Below, in pieces: positions 38,860 through 52,098 of a stretch of DNA of 64,000 nucleotides. Origin of the DNA: Zygnema circumcarinatum SAG 698-1b (taxonomy: Eukaryota; Plantae; Zygnematophyceae); NCBI GenBank assembly GCA_037447605.1, contig CM074805.1:3071361-3135360 (forward strand), written 5' to 3'. Under the pieces are notes generated by a model, which saw nothing but the letters and a program-made list of their open reading frames with translations, had not been told where the DNA came from and made no database searches. How positions within the stretch are numbered: the stretch's first letter is position 1; every line of letters starts with the position of its first letter. The position numbers and the translations under genes are program-made.

Positions 38860-41262
38860 CAAACTTCCACCCTTTTCGCCCCTGCTCGCGGCCACGTCCA
38901 GAGCCAGGGCCTTCCCTACCGTCCAAGGAAGGCGGCCCGCCGCGCAGGCAGTATCCGTATCGCGCAACTACGCGCCAGAGACTGCGCCCACCCTGCGCCA
39001 CATATGCAAAGTACCTATTCCGTCTTCTGAATCTCGCCCTCCTGCCGAGGGCCGCCACGCGTCGCGCCTGCGCTGGCGTTTTGCCTATCATCGTACGGCG
39101 CCTGTCCAGAATACTGTAGTAAGATAGGGCTGTGAGGCCACTAGTTATCAAATAGACGAGTCACGGTTGGCTCTTATCAAATGTTCAAAATTGTTTTTTC
39201 TTTGTATTTAAAGGTGTTGTTTTAGTTCAAGAGTAAAACATGGTGGGTTGGAGTATGGAGTACGAGAATATGGAGGCTCAAGCTTGTATCGTGACATAGA
39301 AGGTGCAACTTTCATGTCGTTGACTTTCATATCAAGCAATTCAAGCAACTTAGTATTGAACCACGGTTTTATGTCAGGCTATACTTTTTTTTGTTTTTTT
39401 TTTTTGGCTCTTCGTCACATCTCAACTATAGTTGTCTATGTTGCAGCTGCGAATGGTGGCATGCTCAAAACATGAAAACAAATCAGTGTTAAATTGTGCT
39501 CACATAATGATGCGCTGTTTTTGCAAATGTTAGCTGTTTTTGCAAATCAGTTTTTGCAAATGTCAGTTGTCTTTAGTCATGGGGTTTAAAACTCTTTCTA
39601 TTTTTTGCTTTATTTTTAAGGTTCCGTTCAGGCTTGTGACATGAAAGGGTTCACCTTCCATGTCGAGCAACAGTGCCGACCACGGTTTTGCGTGTGGATA
39701 AATGTACACATGTTGGCAAAGAAGATCAACTTATCTTTAACAATTTTTTTGGGGGGATTTTGCATTCTTTTGAGTATGAAATCGAAAGTATACATAGCGA
39801 AGCTTTACCATTCGGCTTTTTTGAGACGTTTGTGGTTTTGTCAGCCAGAGCGAACCACAACACTGCAAAGTCCTTAAGGAGAGCACGGTTGCTTATCGCC
39901 TCGTGAGTCAATCGCTCCACACACCGTGGATACCTCCCCTGACTGCTTTCCCGCACGTTTTTTGAGCAAACTCCGACTTTTATTCGGAAGTCATATGAGC
40001 TCTAGACTTCACTTACATCCATAGTCGACCTCCGTGTCGACGATCATCTCTTGCCTTTTCTACAGTGATGAAGGTCGAGAAGTCATGTACATTATGACAT
40101 CACAACCAGACGACGGCAAAACGCTAACATATACGTGGGAGAGTTGAGGGAATAGAATTTTCGACAATGCTGTACCTAACATGATGGTGAAACTTACTAG
40201 TTTGCCAAAGGACGACGCTGCTTCGTACAATATACGCTGCAGGTTTCATGAAAGAAGAGTCTATGTGACATCAAATCACTGCCCAATCACCGTCCATTCC
40301 ATGCAGCCTCTACACCGATCCATGTGCAAGTTACAATCCACGCACTTCTAAGCTACATGCAGCGTGGGGGAATGAGACCATGCCAGAAAGAAAGAAATCA
40401 GTATAACCTCCCCACAACCCCCCTTCGCCAGTAACTGCCCTTCACCAGTAACTTACAGAACCCTTCCTCTTCATCTCAGAACTTCCCCAAAACAAAGAGG
40501 ATCCAGCAGATTAAAAAGCAAAAGGTGAACACTTACACTCCATTATCCAACGGTCTACTGAACTGCGTGCCCATCTCCCTGCCAGCCCTACCCCTAAGCA
40601 GACTGGGCTCCTTGCCCCCTTTGGATTGCGGCCCACTGTCAGCTCACCTCCCACCCCGTTGCAAAAGGATATCCCTAGCTTTTCCCTTCAGAACTGTGAC
40701 TCTGCATGCGTGCAAAGACGGGAGAGTGAGAAGAGGCTCACAAGCTACATGAGGGCTGCAGGTTCGCAATCGAGCACCGCCAGTTGCCAGCATTGGCATG
40801 AAGCAGCAATGCTGGTTCCCTCTCCTCCACACATGCCAGTACCTTCTACATGATCCTCATCGATCACATGATACCTTAGCACATCACAGAAAGGCTTGGC
40901 TTTCCCCCTACCAACAGATCCCTCTGAGAGGGAGGACGTCAAAGGCCTGCATGTCTCACAGTTGTACCAAAATCCTATTTACCAGAACTAAAATATAGAG
41001 CGGAAACATTGAGCAACCTGTTCAAGGTGAGCCAACATGCCCCCTTCAAATTTGGCCCACATAGCTGTTGCTTCTTGAAACTAAACGCCTTCTCCTCTTG
41101 ACACTTCCATACAAAAGCTTCCAAATGTGGAGAGATCGTAAGACCAGTTAATACGGTCGAACCATCTTTCCACAATAATTTGCCACTTCTGCAGCCAAAA
41201 GTTCTACTCCCTTGTAACGTGATTCCTCTTAAATCTCAATAAGCGTGGACAAAGGCACAACC

Positions 41263-44200
41263 CTACATGGCCTGATCGCATGCTTGTAGAGCCTGCCCTG
41301 CAAAGAATTTCACGTCGGGGTCTGGGTCATCATGTAGCTTCAGCAGACACGGTCGAATGGTCTGCTCCACAACCTGCCACCATTCCCATACCCAAGAAAA
41401 CTGCTCAATAAAGACTTCCCACCTACTTTGACAACACCATGCAGAAAAGATGAACGCTATGATTTCATCAGCCAGGTCGAGCAGGTGCGAAAACACAGAA
41501 CCTACTTGGGATTCAAAGACTCCGTTGTCAAGACCGCGCATGTCACAATGCTACGGTGGGCATAGGAGCTAAACTAGCAGCATCAAAAGGCTTCCAGAAT
41601 GGGAGCTAGATTCACCCAGCGTGCATGCTCCAATTCCTGCACATTAGAATCCACGAAGCTTTGCATAATCCTGTAAAACACAAACCGGGTAACCTGCACT
41701 TACTGTTTTGTCCACAATGGGGATGAAACTCTGAAGTATTTTGGCGACATTGAATTTGATGTTCGGTACTCTGTAATCCAATAGCCAGACCTCGTTTCAC
41801 GAATCAATACAAGAGCAGGCCCGAGAAGGAAACAGATACCATACCACATCAACATGTGCGCAAATTCAAATAAAAAACACATTGTACACGGTGTGTTGGT
41901 TGGGTAATCTCTTCAAGAAACAAGAACAATGTCTTATCATGCTGCAGACTATTGAGTCATATGCTTTTGCGGAACACAGAATCAGGCCGTTTTTGTCCTT
42001 GTAACCAACTACATAGAAGGAGAGCAGAGGTCCCTCCAACAAAGCAAGAACACCAGGCAGCTTGTCCAAAGAAAAATTAAAGCCAGAAAATGCATGATTA
42101 GCATTCTTTGTGAACTCCAAGAGCAATCGCAACGAGGTCATCCTAAGGGTATCTAAGCAGCATTAGTCAGAAAGTCTACGGGATTTGGGCACAGAGAACA
42201 GACATGTGTGATCGACAATGCCCTAACAGTGGTAACAAGTATCACTACACATTCATAATCATTACAATTATCAAGCCTCGTCAAAATTAGCAGGCATGTC
42301 CCTAGTGGTAAACATCATCCCCGATCGTTTCCATAACAATCTTGACCGGATACCTTTATCTTTATCTTTATCTTGAACAGTACAAATACTACAAGCATAT
42401 ACCTAAGGATGCCAAGTGCACACACTTCATCCTATCACACAATGCATGGCGGCTCACCTATCCTCCTCTGCCGCTCGAACGACAACGGGCAGCATCTTGT
42501 TGCATGTCACTTCAGGGCCAACTACAGGCGCCAAAAGGGCTATTGACTGCAGTACAGTCATTCGGTAAAGGTAGTGCTGGTTGTTGATCATTTCCAAGAC
42601 CTGCACCCAAAAAGAACCACTCATTTCGTCTTCTGAACACTTTTTTTCTCTAACTATGATGTCGAGCGAAATTAGTTTCAGTCAAGACAAGCCCTATCGA
42701 ACTCGCACGACCAAAGTGAGTGACATCATTCCTTCACTATACAAAGAAATTTCAGTCATTAACATGCCAGCTGTGTCCGAAAGATTTGAAATCGATTCGC
42801 GAGTTGCTCAACTATGCTATTTAGATGGGCACAGCTCCCTCTTTCACCAAGTGCACCAGTTTGCAGATCCATGAAGCTACAAGGATGGATGCTTGCCTGT
42901 GGAATGATCTGAGCCTGAGCCCATTCCGATCCAAATTCATCTGCCAGGCGCTTCAAGTTGCTTGCTGCTGCCTCCCGAATGGAGAATACCTGTTCACATA
43001 TTGCAAATATAGTCATCAATATGTTCCTAGGAAGATCTGCGTTCACTCCACAGAGCAATAAGAAACTGCGTACAAAGCCAGCTCCCTCAGTATGCTCATT
43101 AAGCATAACTTGCCTTTGCACAAAAGACATAACGGACCCAAGGGGACAGTGGAATTGGCGTAAAGGAAACAATACCTGATCTCCCAACCACTGCATGCAG
43201 TGAGGTCTGAGCTTCTCATCGAAAAAGTCTCCTCCCAATTGGCTGGCCAAGAGAGGAATATACTCTATGATTGCCAAACGCACGCGCCAATGGCGGTCCT
43301 CTGCTAGTTCCACTATTGCAGGCAATAAAGACTGTGATAAGAGGTCTATGCCGATAACCTGCATCCATTAAGAAGGGAATAAATAAAAGGCAAGCAATCT
43401 CAATGAAATACGATAGCTTAACAGAAAGCAAGTGTTTTACTCCAATGCACTTGCTCTTCAAGAATAATTATGTTGGGACATAAGTGAGCAAAACCAAAGG
43501 TTGCAATGGAATAATTCTTTCGATTCAATGACACTTGAGAACCCTTGCAGATTCAACGGACATAGATCTGGAACCTAAGTTTCTCAGACTCTATGCTTAC
43601 CAGTGTAGACTACTAGATGGGCAAACAATGGACAAACAATTTGTTGAGAGCCAAACAAACCACGCACGGTGACCCTCTTTCTCTTCATGGATGGGGTTAT
43701 CTCCAATTGTCGGAAGAAAGACTGCATACCTGATTGACCTGATCCAACTTGCTGATAATGTTAAGTCGCACTTCTGGAAAATCATCTTTCAAAAGAGCTA
43801 AGAAAATCGGCAAAAGCATCTCGATAGTTGCTTCCTGCATCAGTTCCAAAAAAGAATTTTAAGGTCCTTGCATTGGAAAAAAAAAAAAAGAATAGTTGAA
43901 ACGATTGACCATCCTTGTATGTTACAATGAGGGCTCACTTTTCCCAAAAGGGGTGCCATCCCCATGATGACAGAAGCCAAAGCAGCTCGCACATGCTGCG
44001 ATGAATCGGTTGACAGATCCTGAAATTCAAACGGCAATTAACTCTATTAGTGGCAGCGAGCTAATCACATACAAAGATGGGCCTCAAGCCTTCACTCCAA
44101 CACAGTGGTTGGGTATCCCCGAAAACTGCTAAGTGTTGCCTGCACCTATTTCTTGGCAAGGACGAGCTGGCAGTAAAACACCAGAAGCGAAATTAGAGAG

Positions 44201-47048
44201 GAGTAAACGATAAAATCCGCAACAAAGAGAAATGGTAGCAATACGCAATAGACATCTGACCAAAGGAACATCACACTGAATCAATCTCATTATTCTGCAA
44301 GGCTGCAATGAAAGAACTGACCTTAACACAAGGAAGAATGGTACGAATTGCTTCCTGGCTGCTCACAATGCTGCAAAACTTGGTCACTTTACCAGCAGCA
44401 GCAATGCGTACTTCAGCCTCATTGTCTCTAAGAAGGCGAACGTACGCGGGGACTAGCTCCGTCCTGCAACGCAGGAGTCATATACGAAGGGAGAATATCA
44501 ACTGCTGCAAAGCAACAAATTCATCATTCCTTCTTGACACACAAAATTACAAACCGCAGACGCATTCTCAGCTATCGTTAACGGACATAACCAGAACCGC
44601 AAGGACTGTCACCTTTACCAAGACCAACATGCCAAACTCAGGGTTAAGTACAGTTATTGTAGATCTCCGCTTCCGCATGAAACTCCTCTTGTAAATAACA
44701 CCAACATGATAAAATCTTTTACAGTAAATGGCCAAGAAATGCCCAAAGTGCCCAAAGTGCCCAAAGTGTCAGCGACCTAATTTTAAACTGCACTTCACAG
44801 TAATAGCCAATTGGATTCCATGCAAAATCAGAAACCGTTAACCTACAAGGTGCAACGGACAGTTTTCTCTATGAACGATTGTTCAAACCTAGGTCCCACA
44901 AAAATCTGCCTATTGCGGGGGCATGGATTGGGATGAACCTTGCATGATCTTGTCCAACAGCTTCACACAACTCATACAGCTGGTTAGCCACCATGTATCT
45001 GACTCGCCAAGATTTGTCCTGCACCAAGCAAAACAATGCTGTCTGTCAAATGAAAAAATTGTAAGTGATTTTGGTTGGAAAATACTCTACATGCTTTCGA
45101 ACCACGTAAGGACGCATAGCACTGATGAACGACAAGCTGAAGACGAAGACGAATAGGCGCCATAATCAAAGCTTAGATCACAGAAGGCCAGCAAACAACA
45201 CAGTTCGGAGTTCTCAATCCCTACCTGTGAAAAGTTGATGATAACCGGAAGCACATTTGCAATGCAGTCCTGTTTGTCAAGCAGCTTGCCTACTGCCGCA
45301 CAGTCTTCAACAGCCAGAAGTCGGACTGAGTCTTGATCTGCAGGACAAAAATATCTTATATAAGGACCTGCATAAAAAGTGTGCGTACACTTGACTGTCG
45401 CAAGGTGCATTGTAATAGCACAACAACAATGATATCCAGTTCGCCTAACGCTAGGTGGTAGTTATACACTCTGCACATAACTCGGCAAACGTCCTGTGGC
45501 ATGGAAATACTTAGAAGACCTTCTGTATGAAAAATGAACGGTAGCCAATGTACTGTTTTCAACATGAAAAAACGTCAAGGCTGCGCGTCCGAAACATCCA
45601 AGACAAAAGCACCTCTAAATTCTTAACCTAAAAAGAAACTTTGAGTAGAAAGAATCTCCTCACCATCTTGAGTTAGGCTCTTGAAAAACTGCATGACTTC
45701 TGTCTTCAGAAACTGCGGCTCTATCGTTGCTGCAAACTTTCCCAGGTTCAATGCTGCAGAACGTCTGACCATTGGCATATCATCTTGGCACAGCTCCAAA
45801 AACTTAGCCCTCAAGTCTGTACGAAGCGCTTCCGTTGCACTTGGATATGCGATGTGAAACAGCCCACAAGCAGATACCCGAGCTGTAAACCATTCTCCTG
45901 CACCAAGACGCTGATCACCAGAAGGCAAACAGTTAACTCTTCATTAGGTCCTTTCACTGACATCAATGATCACTAGAGTTTTTAACCAGGCAGGTTTTTA
46001 ATAGGCAGAGGCTGATAAGGCCTGGATACACTGCGAAGGAAAGGTAATAAAAAAGAATAGCAGAAAGTCAACTGTTGGCTGCCGCATATCTGAACTAAGT
46101 AAGACGATGAATAGAAAGTCCCATTAGATAATCCGTTTAGACTGTATCAAGAACTAGAATTGAACTTAGCCAGCAACAAGAACGGTTGCTCTATCTCAGT
46201 GCAGGATCTTGAACCAAACTTTTGGCCCTATGAATTTGAAAAGAAATCTGATAATATGGAGACGACAATCTGTGTTGTCTTCATCGATATACGAAGTCTC
46301 TCCTCCAGCTTTTCACCACCAGAACAGGCATTGTTAATTGCATTCGATAATGGGATATGATCCATGGATCAACATAACCTAGCTTCAGAGACGCCTTAGA
46401 GCCCTCAAAGCCCTAAGCTCTACACAGCCCAACTGCACCAAAAAAGACATATACACGTGTACATATACGTACTTCACTACAACACGGGTCGAATGGCAGG
46501 ATCTACCTACCAACTATGTCGGCAACAGGACAATTGTGAAACTGCTAATCTGATATTTTCATAAGAGCTGCATCAATACAACAGCTCGCAATGGCAACTG
46601 AGACAAGTTCGCCAGGCCAAGGCATTTTCAGTCAATGACCCACCTTGACAAGTGGGATGAAAAATTCAACAATGTCTCGCTCCTTCATTTGGCTGCCAAT
46701 TTTCCCGAGCGATTCCACTGCTTTATCACGCACTACAGTTTCTTCTACAGTGCATAATGTCTCCAATGGAGGAAGCAGGATATGAGCATAGTCAACTCCA
46801 CCAACATAAGGAGTAAAACTTCCAAGCTCTTCAGCCATCGCCAAAAGGACTTCATCATCATCATCGTTGTTCTCATTCAAAAATGGAATAAGCTCTTTCC
46901 GAGTCCTCTCCTCGCCCAAAGCCCTTGCGATTGTGCTCAGCCTCCTGATAGAGTTCAAGCGAAGCTGGATGTCATCATTCTTAAGTTCATCAATTAGTAT
47001 AGAGATGGGATAAATTGGCTCGTCAGAGCCCCCCATGTTTGAAGCCAT
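41263..47048 (-). CDS. PP2AA: Protein phosphatase 2A 65-kDa scaffold subunit A (HEAT repeats), multi-exon
   Basis: [48 protein letters not shown]; [13 protein letters not shown]; [11 protein letters not shown]; [10 protein letters not shown]; [42 protein letters not shown]; HYLYRMT; [14 protein letters not shown]. Confidence 0.97.
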
Positions 47049-47674
47049 TCTTCAAACCGTCACGGCAGAACGGGACCAGCACAGGACCTGGCTGGTCCCA
47101 GTCACTCCTTTCTCAAAAAAAAATAAACAAAGATCACACGCCTTCTCCAAAATCAAGCACCATCAACTGCTTCAAAGCCCTCGGTTTGCAGTTCCTGTCT
47201 GCCGTCCTTCTGTTTGACAAACTCTAATGCTCAGGTTCCCCTCTCCTTCACACCATCACAGTCTTCCCTGCTTCCAATACGCGAATACGCAGCTTCCTAG
47301 GCAGCCCCCCAAATTAGGGTTTGCTGGCCTCCCCTCCCTCCACCTGCTCCAGAGACGGGATCCAAATGCGCTGCCCTTTTTCCCCGAGGCTCAAACTGAG
47401 GGACCCACCCACTGTCCCCCGCCGGGCCCCGCCCGCCCAGGGCAAGGGCAAGGGCCAGCATACAACGTCATTCTGTTCCACGCTATTTAGCATGTGCACA
47501 GTTCTAGCCCCTACCTCAACCGTACTGTGCAACAGAGAACGTGTCGTACTTCGCCTGCCCAAATTTCCGGCCATGACCGTACATCAGTACGGGAGGGGCG
47601 AGACCTGAGCGGCTGGAGCCCTGCGGCCTTTCTCCATTGATTGCGAACGCTAAAGACATAAGTCCAGGCATTAT

Positions 47675-47727
47675 CCAATGGAAGCTGTCCACGTGGAAAA
47701 ACCTTACACGTGACGGATAATCATTGG
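47675..47727. promoter_or_regulatory. 53-bp CCAAT/CACG dyad, copy 2
   Basis: CCAAT 47675, CACG 47690, CGTG 47709, ATTGG 47723. Located in the divergent PP2AA/MAX2 intergenic region. Confidence 0.6.
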
Positions 47728-48686
47728 TAGATGGACGACTCCCGTTTTAATGCCCGGGAGTTTGACATTTGTAAGCCGGCCCGACTGTTCGCATGGACCC
47801 GTTCTTTGCCCGTCCAGTCCCCGCAGTTTCAGTGCAACGCTAGATAGTAACACGCTTCAACAGGATTTGGACACATAGAGCGCCATCTGCGCGTTCCTCC
47901 ACGTGGCAGCTGGCCACCTGCTCGTACGGTGCGGCCGTCCACTTGCTCGGAGACCGTACGCTTCCGGTCGCCTGTCCGCAACCGGCGTTACCGAGTTGCC
48001 AGAGACCCTGTGCCGTATACCGTACCTCAACCGATCGTACGACCAAATGTCCATTTCGCGGTTGACCTCTCGGTCGGGGAGGCCCCCTGCGGCCCAGGCC
48101 CTGCCTCCTCCATATTTGTAAGCATGATTGGCCATGACCTTGCCCTGTCCCGCACAGAAGGAGATGAGGAAGATGAGGGAGACTCAGATGAGATGAGGGA
48201 GCGTGAGCGCTCTTGTAATCGCTGAGCTTCATACGATGATCCGGTCTCCAATGTCCCCTTCACCGTCTTGCTCCTAATGTATGCGTAATGCTTGGAAAAG
48301 AAGGCATTCAGGGAGAAGGGAGGACATGGACCAGCAATGTTGTTGACATCAGCAGGGACGATTGGCCGAGGGCAGTAAGGAGAGACTTATGGGGAATTGC
48401 AAGAGATTATTGTACTGTGAGGATTCGGCTCCTTTTTGTGGACATGCTGGTGCCGCTCAGGCCTGTAGGAGGAGGCCGCTTTGCTGCATGGAGTTTTTGC
48501 AGGAGGGTTTTCTCTTGAGCTCGTCGTCTTATAGCTGACGAAGCGTAGCTTACTATAGTTTGGATGCAGAGGAGTGATTTTATATAGTATCCCCTAGTGT
48601 GGGGGTTGATTCGCTCGCTCGGTTTTACTTCGCTCGGGTCGCTCGCATTGTAAGGTTGAGCGTCTCATTGAAGCTTCAACTAAACG

Positions 48687-51600
48687 ATGAGTCAGGCTAT
48701 CCAGGATGAAGGCTATTCTTTCAGAAGAGGTCGGAAGGCCTCCATTGCTAAGCTTCCGCCTGAAATCATGGCGTCTATTTTGGCGAGAATCGATTCAGTG
48801 AGAGATAGAAATTCCTGCGCCCTCGTCTGCAGAGCATGGCGGTCTTGGGAACGTGAGACACGCACTCGGCTGCATCTGAGGGGGAGTATCATTGACCTGA
48901 AAGAAATCAGAAACTCATTTCGTTCGGTAACTGATCTTGACCTAACTGACGTCAATCCCGGATGGGAAGGCTCTGAGGAAGAACTTCGCGACCTCTTCTC
49001 AACGTCTTTTCCAAATGTTCGGCGAGTGAAGGCAAATGTGTCCCCCTCGGGTCTGCAGTACGTGCGACACTGTTGGCGAGAGTTGCGAGAAGTTGTGATT
49101 GGTCACTGGGACGGTCCAGACGATTTTCTGGAAGCTCACCACGTCCGGGAGCTGCTTGAGAGCTGTCCGCATATATTCTCAGTAGACTTGTCTTGGTCTC
49201 GCAATTGCGATTTTAATAATCTGCCTAGGGAATTGGCTACTTTGGAGTATCACAATCTTAGAGCCCTTAACCTTTTAGGCGGCCCGAGTAAACTCTGGGA
49301 TGCGACTCTGGAGGGTTTAGTTGACGTCTGCCCGCGCCTCCAGGAGCTTTGCTTTTCCATTGGTGACGGCAGCGTCACAGACGCAGGGTACATACTCAAT
49401 CTTCTTTCTGTCGCTATTTGGTTTGTTGAGAATGAGACTGTGCCAGCCACATCAGCGACTTCTCTTCTTTGTTTAGAGGAACCGGCCCATGATTCTCATG
49501 TCAATTATGTCTTTTAGGAAGCTGTCTTATGATGTCACCTATGATACTTTACATGCACCTTAACCTGATGCAACTAGTTTTGACCAAGGGAGGGTGAAAG
49601 AAGTATTTGCCAAGATGCAGGTCTTATTGCAGAGATCCCAAATTTTTGGGGTTTACAAGAGCTGCAATGGGACTACTTTTTTGTTTGGCATGTGATTCGA
49701 GATTGACCAATGGGTTGCAGCAGATTCAGATTGGTATTATTTTCAAATATGTGTGTTGAGAAGCTCCTGGTTCAATTGGGCAGGTCAATTCGAGGGGACT
49801 AGGCTTTTTGGCTGATGTGAATATGTGGAGTTGCTTGGCCAGAATCGCACAGCTTGCCGGGGGATGCACCGACTTACGGCTTTTGTCCATGGAAGACATG
49901 GGGCATGATATCAACGATGAACACGATGCAACTGGGCCAATCACAGCGGCAGCTGTGATTGCTTTGGCGAAGAACTGTCCAAAGTTGCGAGCGCTGTCAT
50001 TGGTCCTTGCATTTTATGTTCGTAAAAGTGGTGCAGCTTTTGAACTACTGGGTTTTTGTTGCAAAGACCTCCAAACTTTACGCCTAGCTCGCTTTCTCGG
50101 CCTCTGTAAGCGGGAGCAGAATGAGGTGACAGGTGCTGCATTTGGTGGCAGACCAGGTAGCGGGGGATTACGGGCCAGTGAAGCTCGGAGCCTACTGGGG
50201 CTGAACAGAGGGCCTGGAGGAAGGGTGGTCGACCGAGGCCCTGAGGTTGCTCTTGGGGGTAGAATAACTGCCAACATTAGTGGGGGCGTTGTTGGAGGAG
50301 GCTCTTCCTCCTTCCCTCCCTTACTGGGAAATGCAGGTCACTGTGCAACACAAGCATCTGGCACGCTTAACAGTACAAAGGGCTGGGAAACAGTGCCATC
50401 TAAGCATCGAGGTGTGGCTATGTGTACCAGTTTGACAGACCTGGAGATGCAATCCTGCAAAGATTTGGTTGATGCGGATGTGCAGCAGATCTTGGCCGCA
50501 TGCACGCAGCTTCGACGGCTGCAGATCATGGCCAATCAGAAGCTGACATCGAAAACTCTGAATCCCCTATCATCAGGAGCAAACGGACATGGGCTGGCCC
50601 TTGAGCACCTCAGGGTTTTACAGGTGAGCGTGAGAGGCCATGTCGAGATTCATTCTCTCTATCGTCCTCGTGTGTTTATCAACGAGCAAATTTGGTTTAG
50701 GCAAACAGCTTGTCTTTGCCTCATGGCTTTTTGAATTGAGAAGTTTGAATTGTGCTATGCTCGCCAAGTGGTGGTTACAGCCTACTTTCTGAAGCTCGTA
50801 CTTCCTCCTAGAAATCATACTTGACGGCCTGGTCTCGTTCTATGTAGCTGCAGATTCTTGTATACTTCCGAATAACTTGGAAAACTTGGGGATGGGTTGG
50901 TGGGGGGGGGGGGGAGGACAGTGTGATAAAGTAGCGACAGTAAATGCATTGGAGCGACTCGGCAGTGTTAAAAATCGGATTTCCGGTCTGGAACTCACAT
51001 GCAGTTGGCTTCCAACTGATCACCCAAGCCAAATCCGTCCTCTCCCGTTGGCCAATTTCAGCTCGCTTTTGTCGCTGTACTTGCAAATGCGGGTTGGATC
51101 GTCATTGCAGCCGCTGGCTGAGTGAGTACTTGTTGTCTCCTAGTTTCAAAAAGAAAAAGTCATTAAGGAAGCTTTGGAAGTGGTTTGCACTGTAGTTTGA
51201 AGATGTCAGTCTCGCCACTCAGTCGATTTACTAGTGTTTTAGGAAATGTGATGTTTGTCCGTTTTCTGAAGGTAAAGTTTGCTGGTTGTTTTGTATGCCT
51301 CCCGGACACATTGTAACGAAGACTTGCCCTACGTGCTGAAATGTACGAAAAAGTTGGTTTTCTTCCGTCTGGATGTAAGTTAGGATGAGAAAAGGAGTCG
51401 TCGACATGGGGCTTAATAGCACTCTCAACTGAGCATTATTTGACATAAGTTAGGGGGTAGGAATCAAATCATTGCATGGCGTTGGTTGGAGTTGAGCTGA
51501 CAAAGCATGCGGGAGGCATTTGTGGAGCTGCAGAGCCGGACTTGAGACATGCACCAGTTTGAAATATTTTTATCTGACGCTGTATGGCGAAGTTGTGACG

Positions 51601-52098
51601 TATTCGCCGTGGATGACATGCGCAACAAATCTGAGCTTTCTATCTGAAATTCCTTCCCTGGAGTTCTTCTACCTTGCGATGGAGCGAGTCGGCGGTGCAA
51701 AGGATGTTGTAGATGTGTGGGAAAGAAGTTACATGAAATGGCTGCCTTGCTTGGGGCTACCGGACCTCGAGTATCACCCTCCTCCAGATCATGACGGAAT
51801 GGAGGTGGTCTCTCTGCAAGCGGCAAATTTTTTGGCAAGCTGCCCCAACTTGAGGAGGATGTCTCTTGGAGGAGTGGTAAGAGAAGAGGCAATGGTGGAG
51901 CTCCTCCGCTGCAAAACTTTAAGGGATGCTACGTTCCACCTTCCGCCAGATTGCTCGGATGTGTTCCGTCAGGATTTTTACACTACATTGACATCGCGGT
52001 CATATGCGGACCAAGTAAGGCCCATCAAGAGAAAGGTTGCATCAAGAGGCCGGCCACCTTCAAGGACACGGCGCAGCACAGGCTTGACGAAGTCGTAA
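48687..52098 (+). CDS. MAX2: MAX2/D3-like F-box LRR protein, 4 exons (48687-49387, 49843-50623, 50922-51122, 51534-52098)
   Basis: F-box LPPEIMASI...DRNSCALVC...ERETRTRLHLRG...FRSVTDLDL parallels MAX2 ERSTRSHLTIRG...FRSISHLDL. Further colinear blocks: VRKSGAAFELLG..CKDLQTLRLARFLGLC, GVAMC, VGSSLQPLAE|AGLETC, WERSYM...LEYHPPPD...VSLQAANFLASCPNLRRM...G...LLRCKTLRD, LTSRSYAD. All splice junctions keep the frame. Confidence 0.8.

Noticed and set aside
38117-39151. Long overlapping ORFs on both strands (up to 320 aa)
   Set aside because: These are by-products of the stop-poor palindromic MITE repeats, with no recognisable domain.
47840-48263. Short ORFs between PP2AA and MAX2
   Set aside because: No recognisable homology or splice structure; this is GC-rich promoter/UTR sequence.
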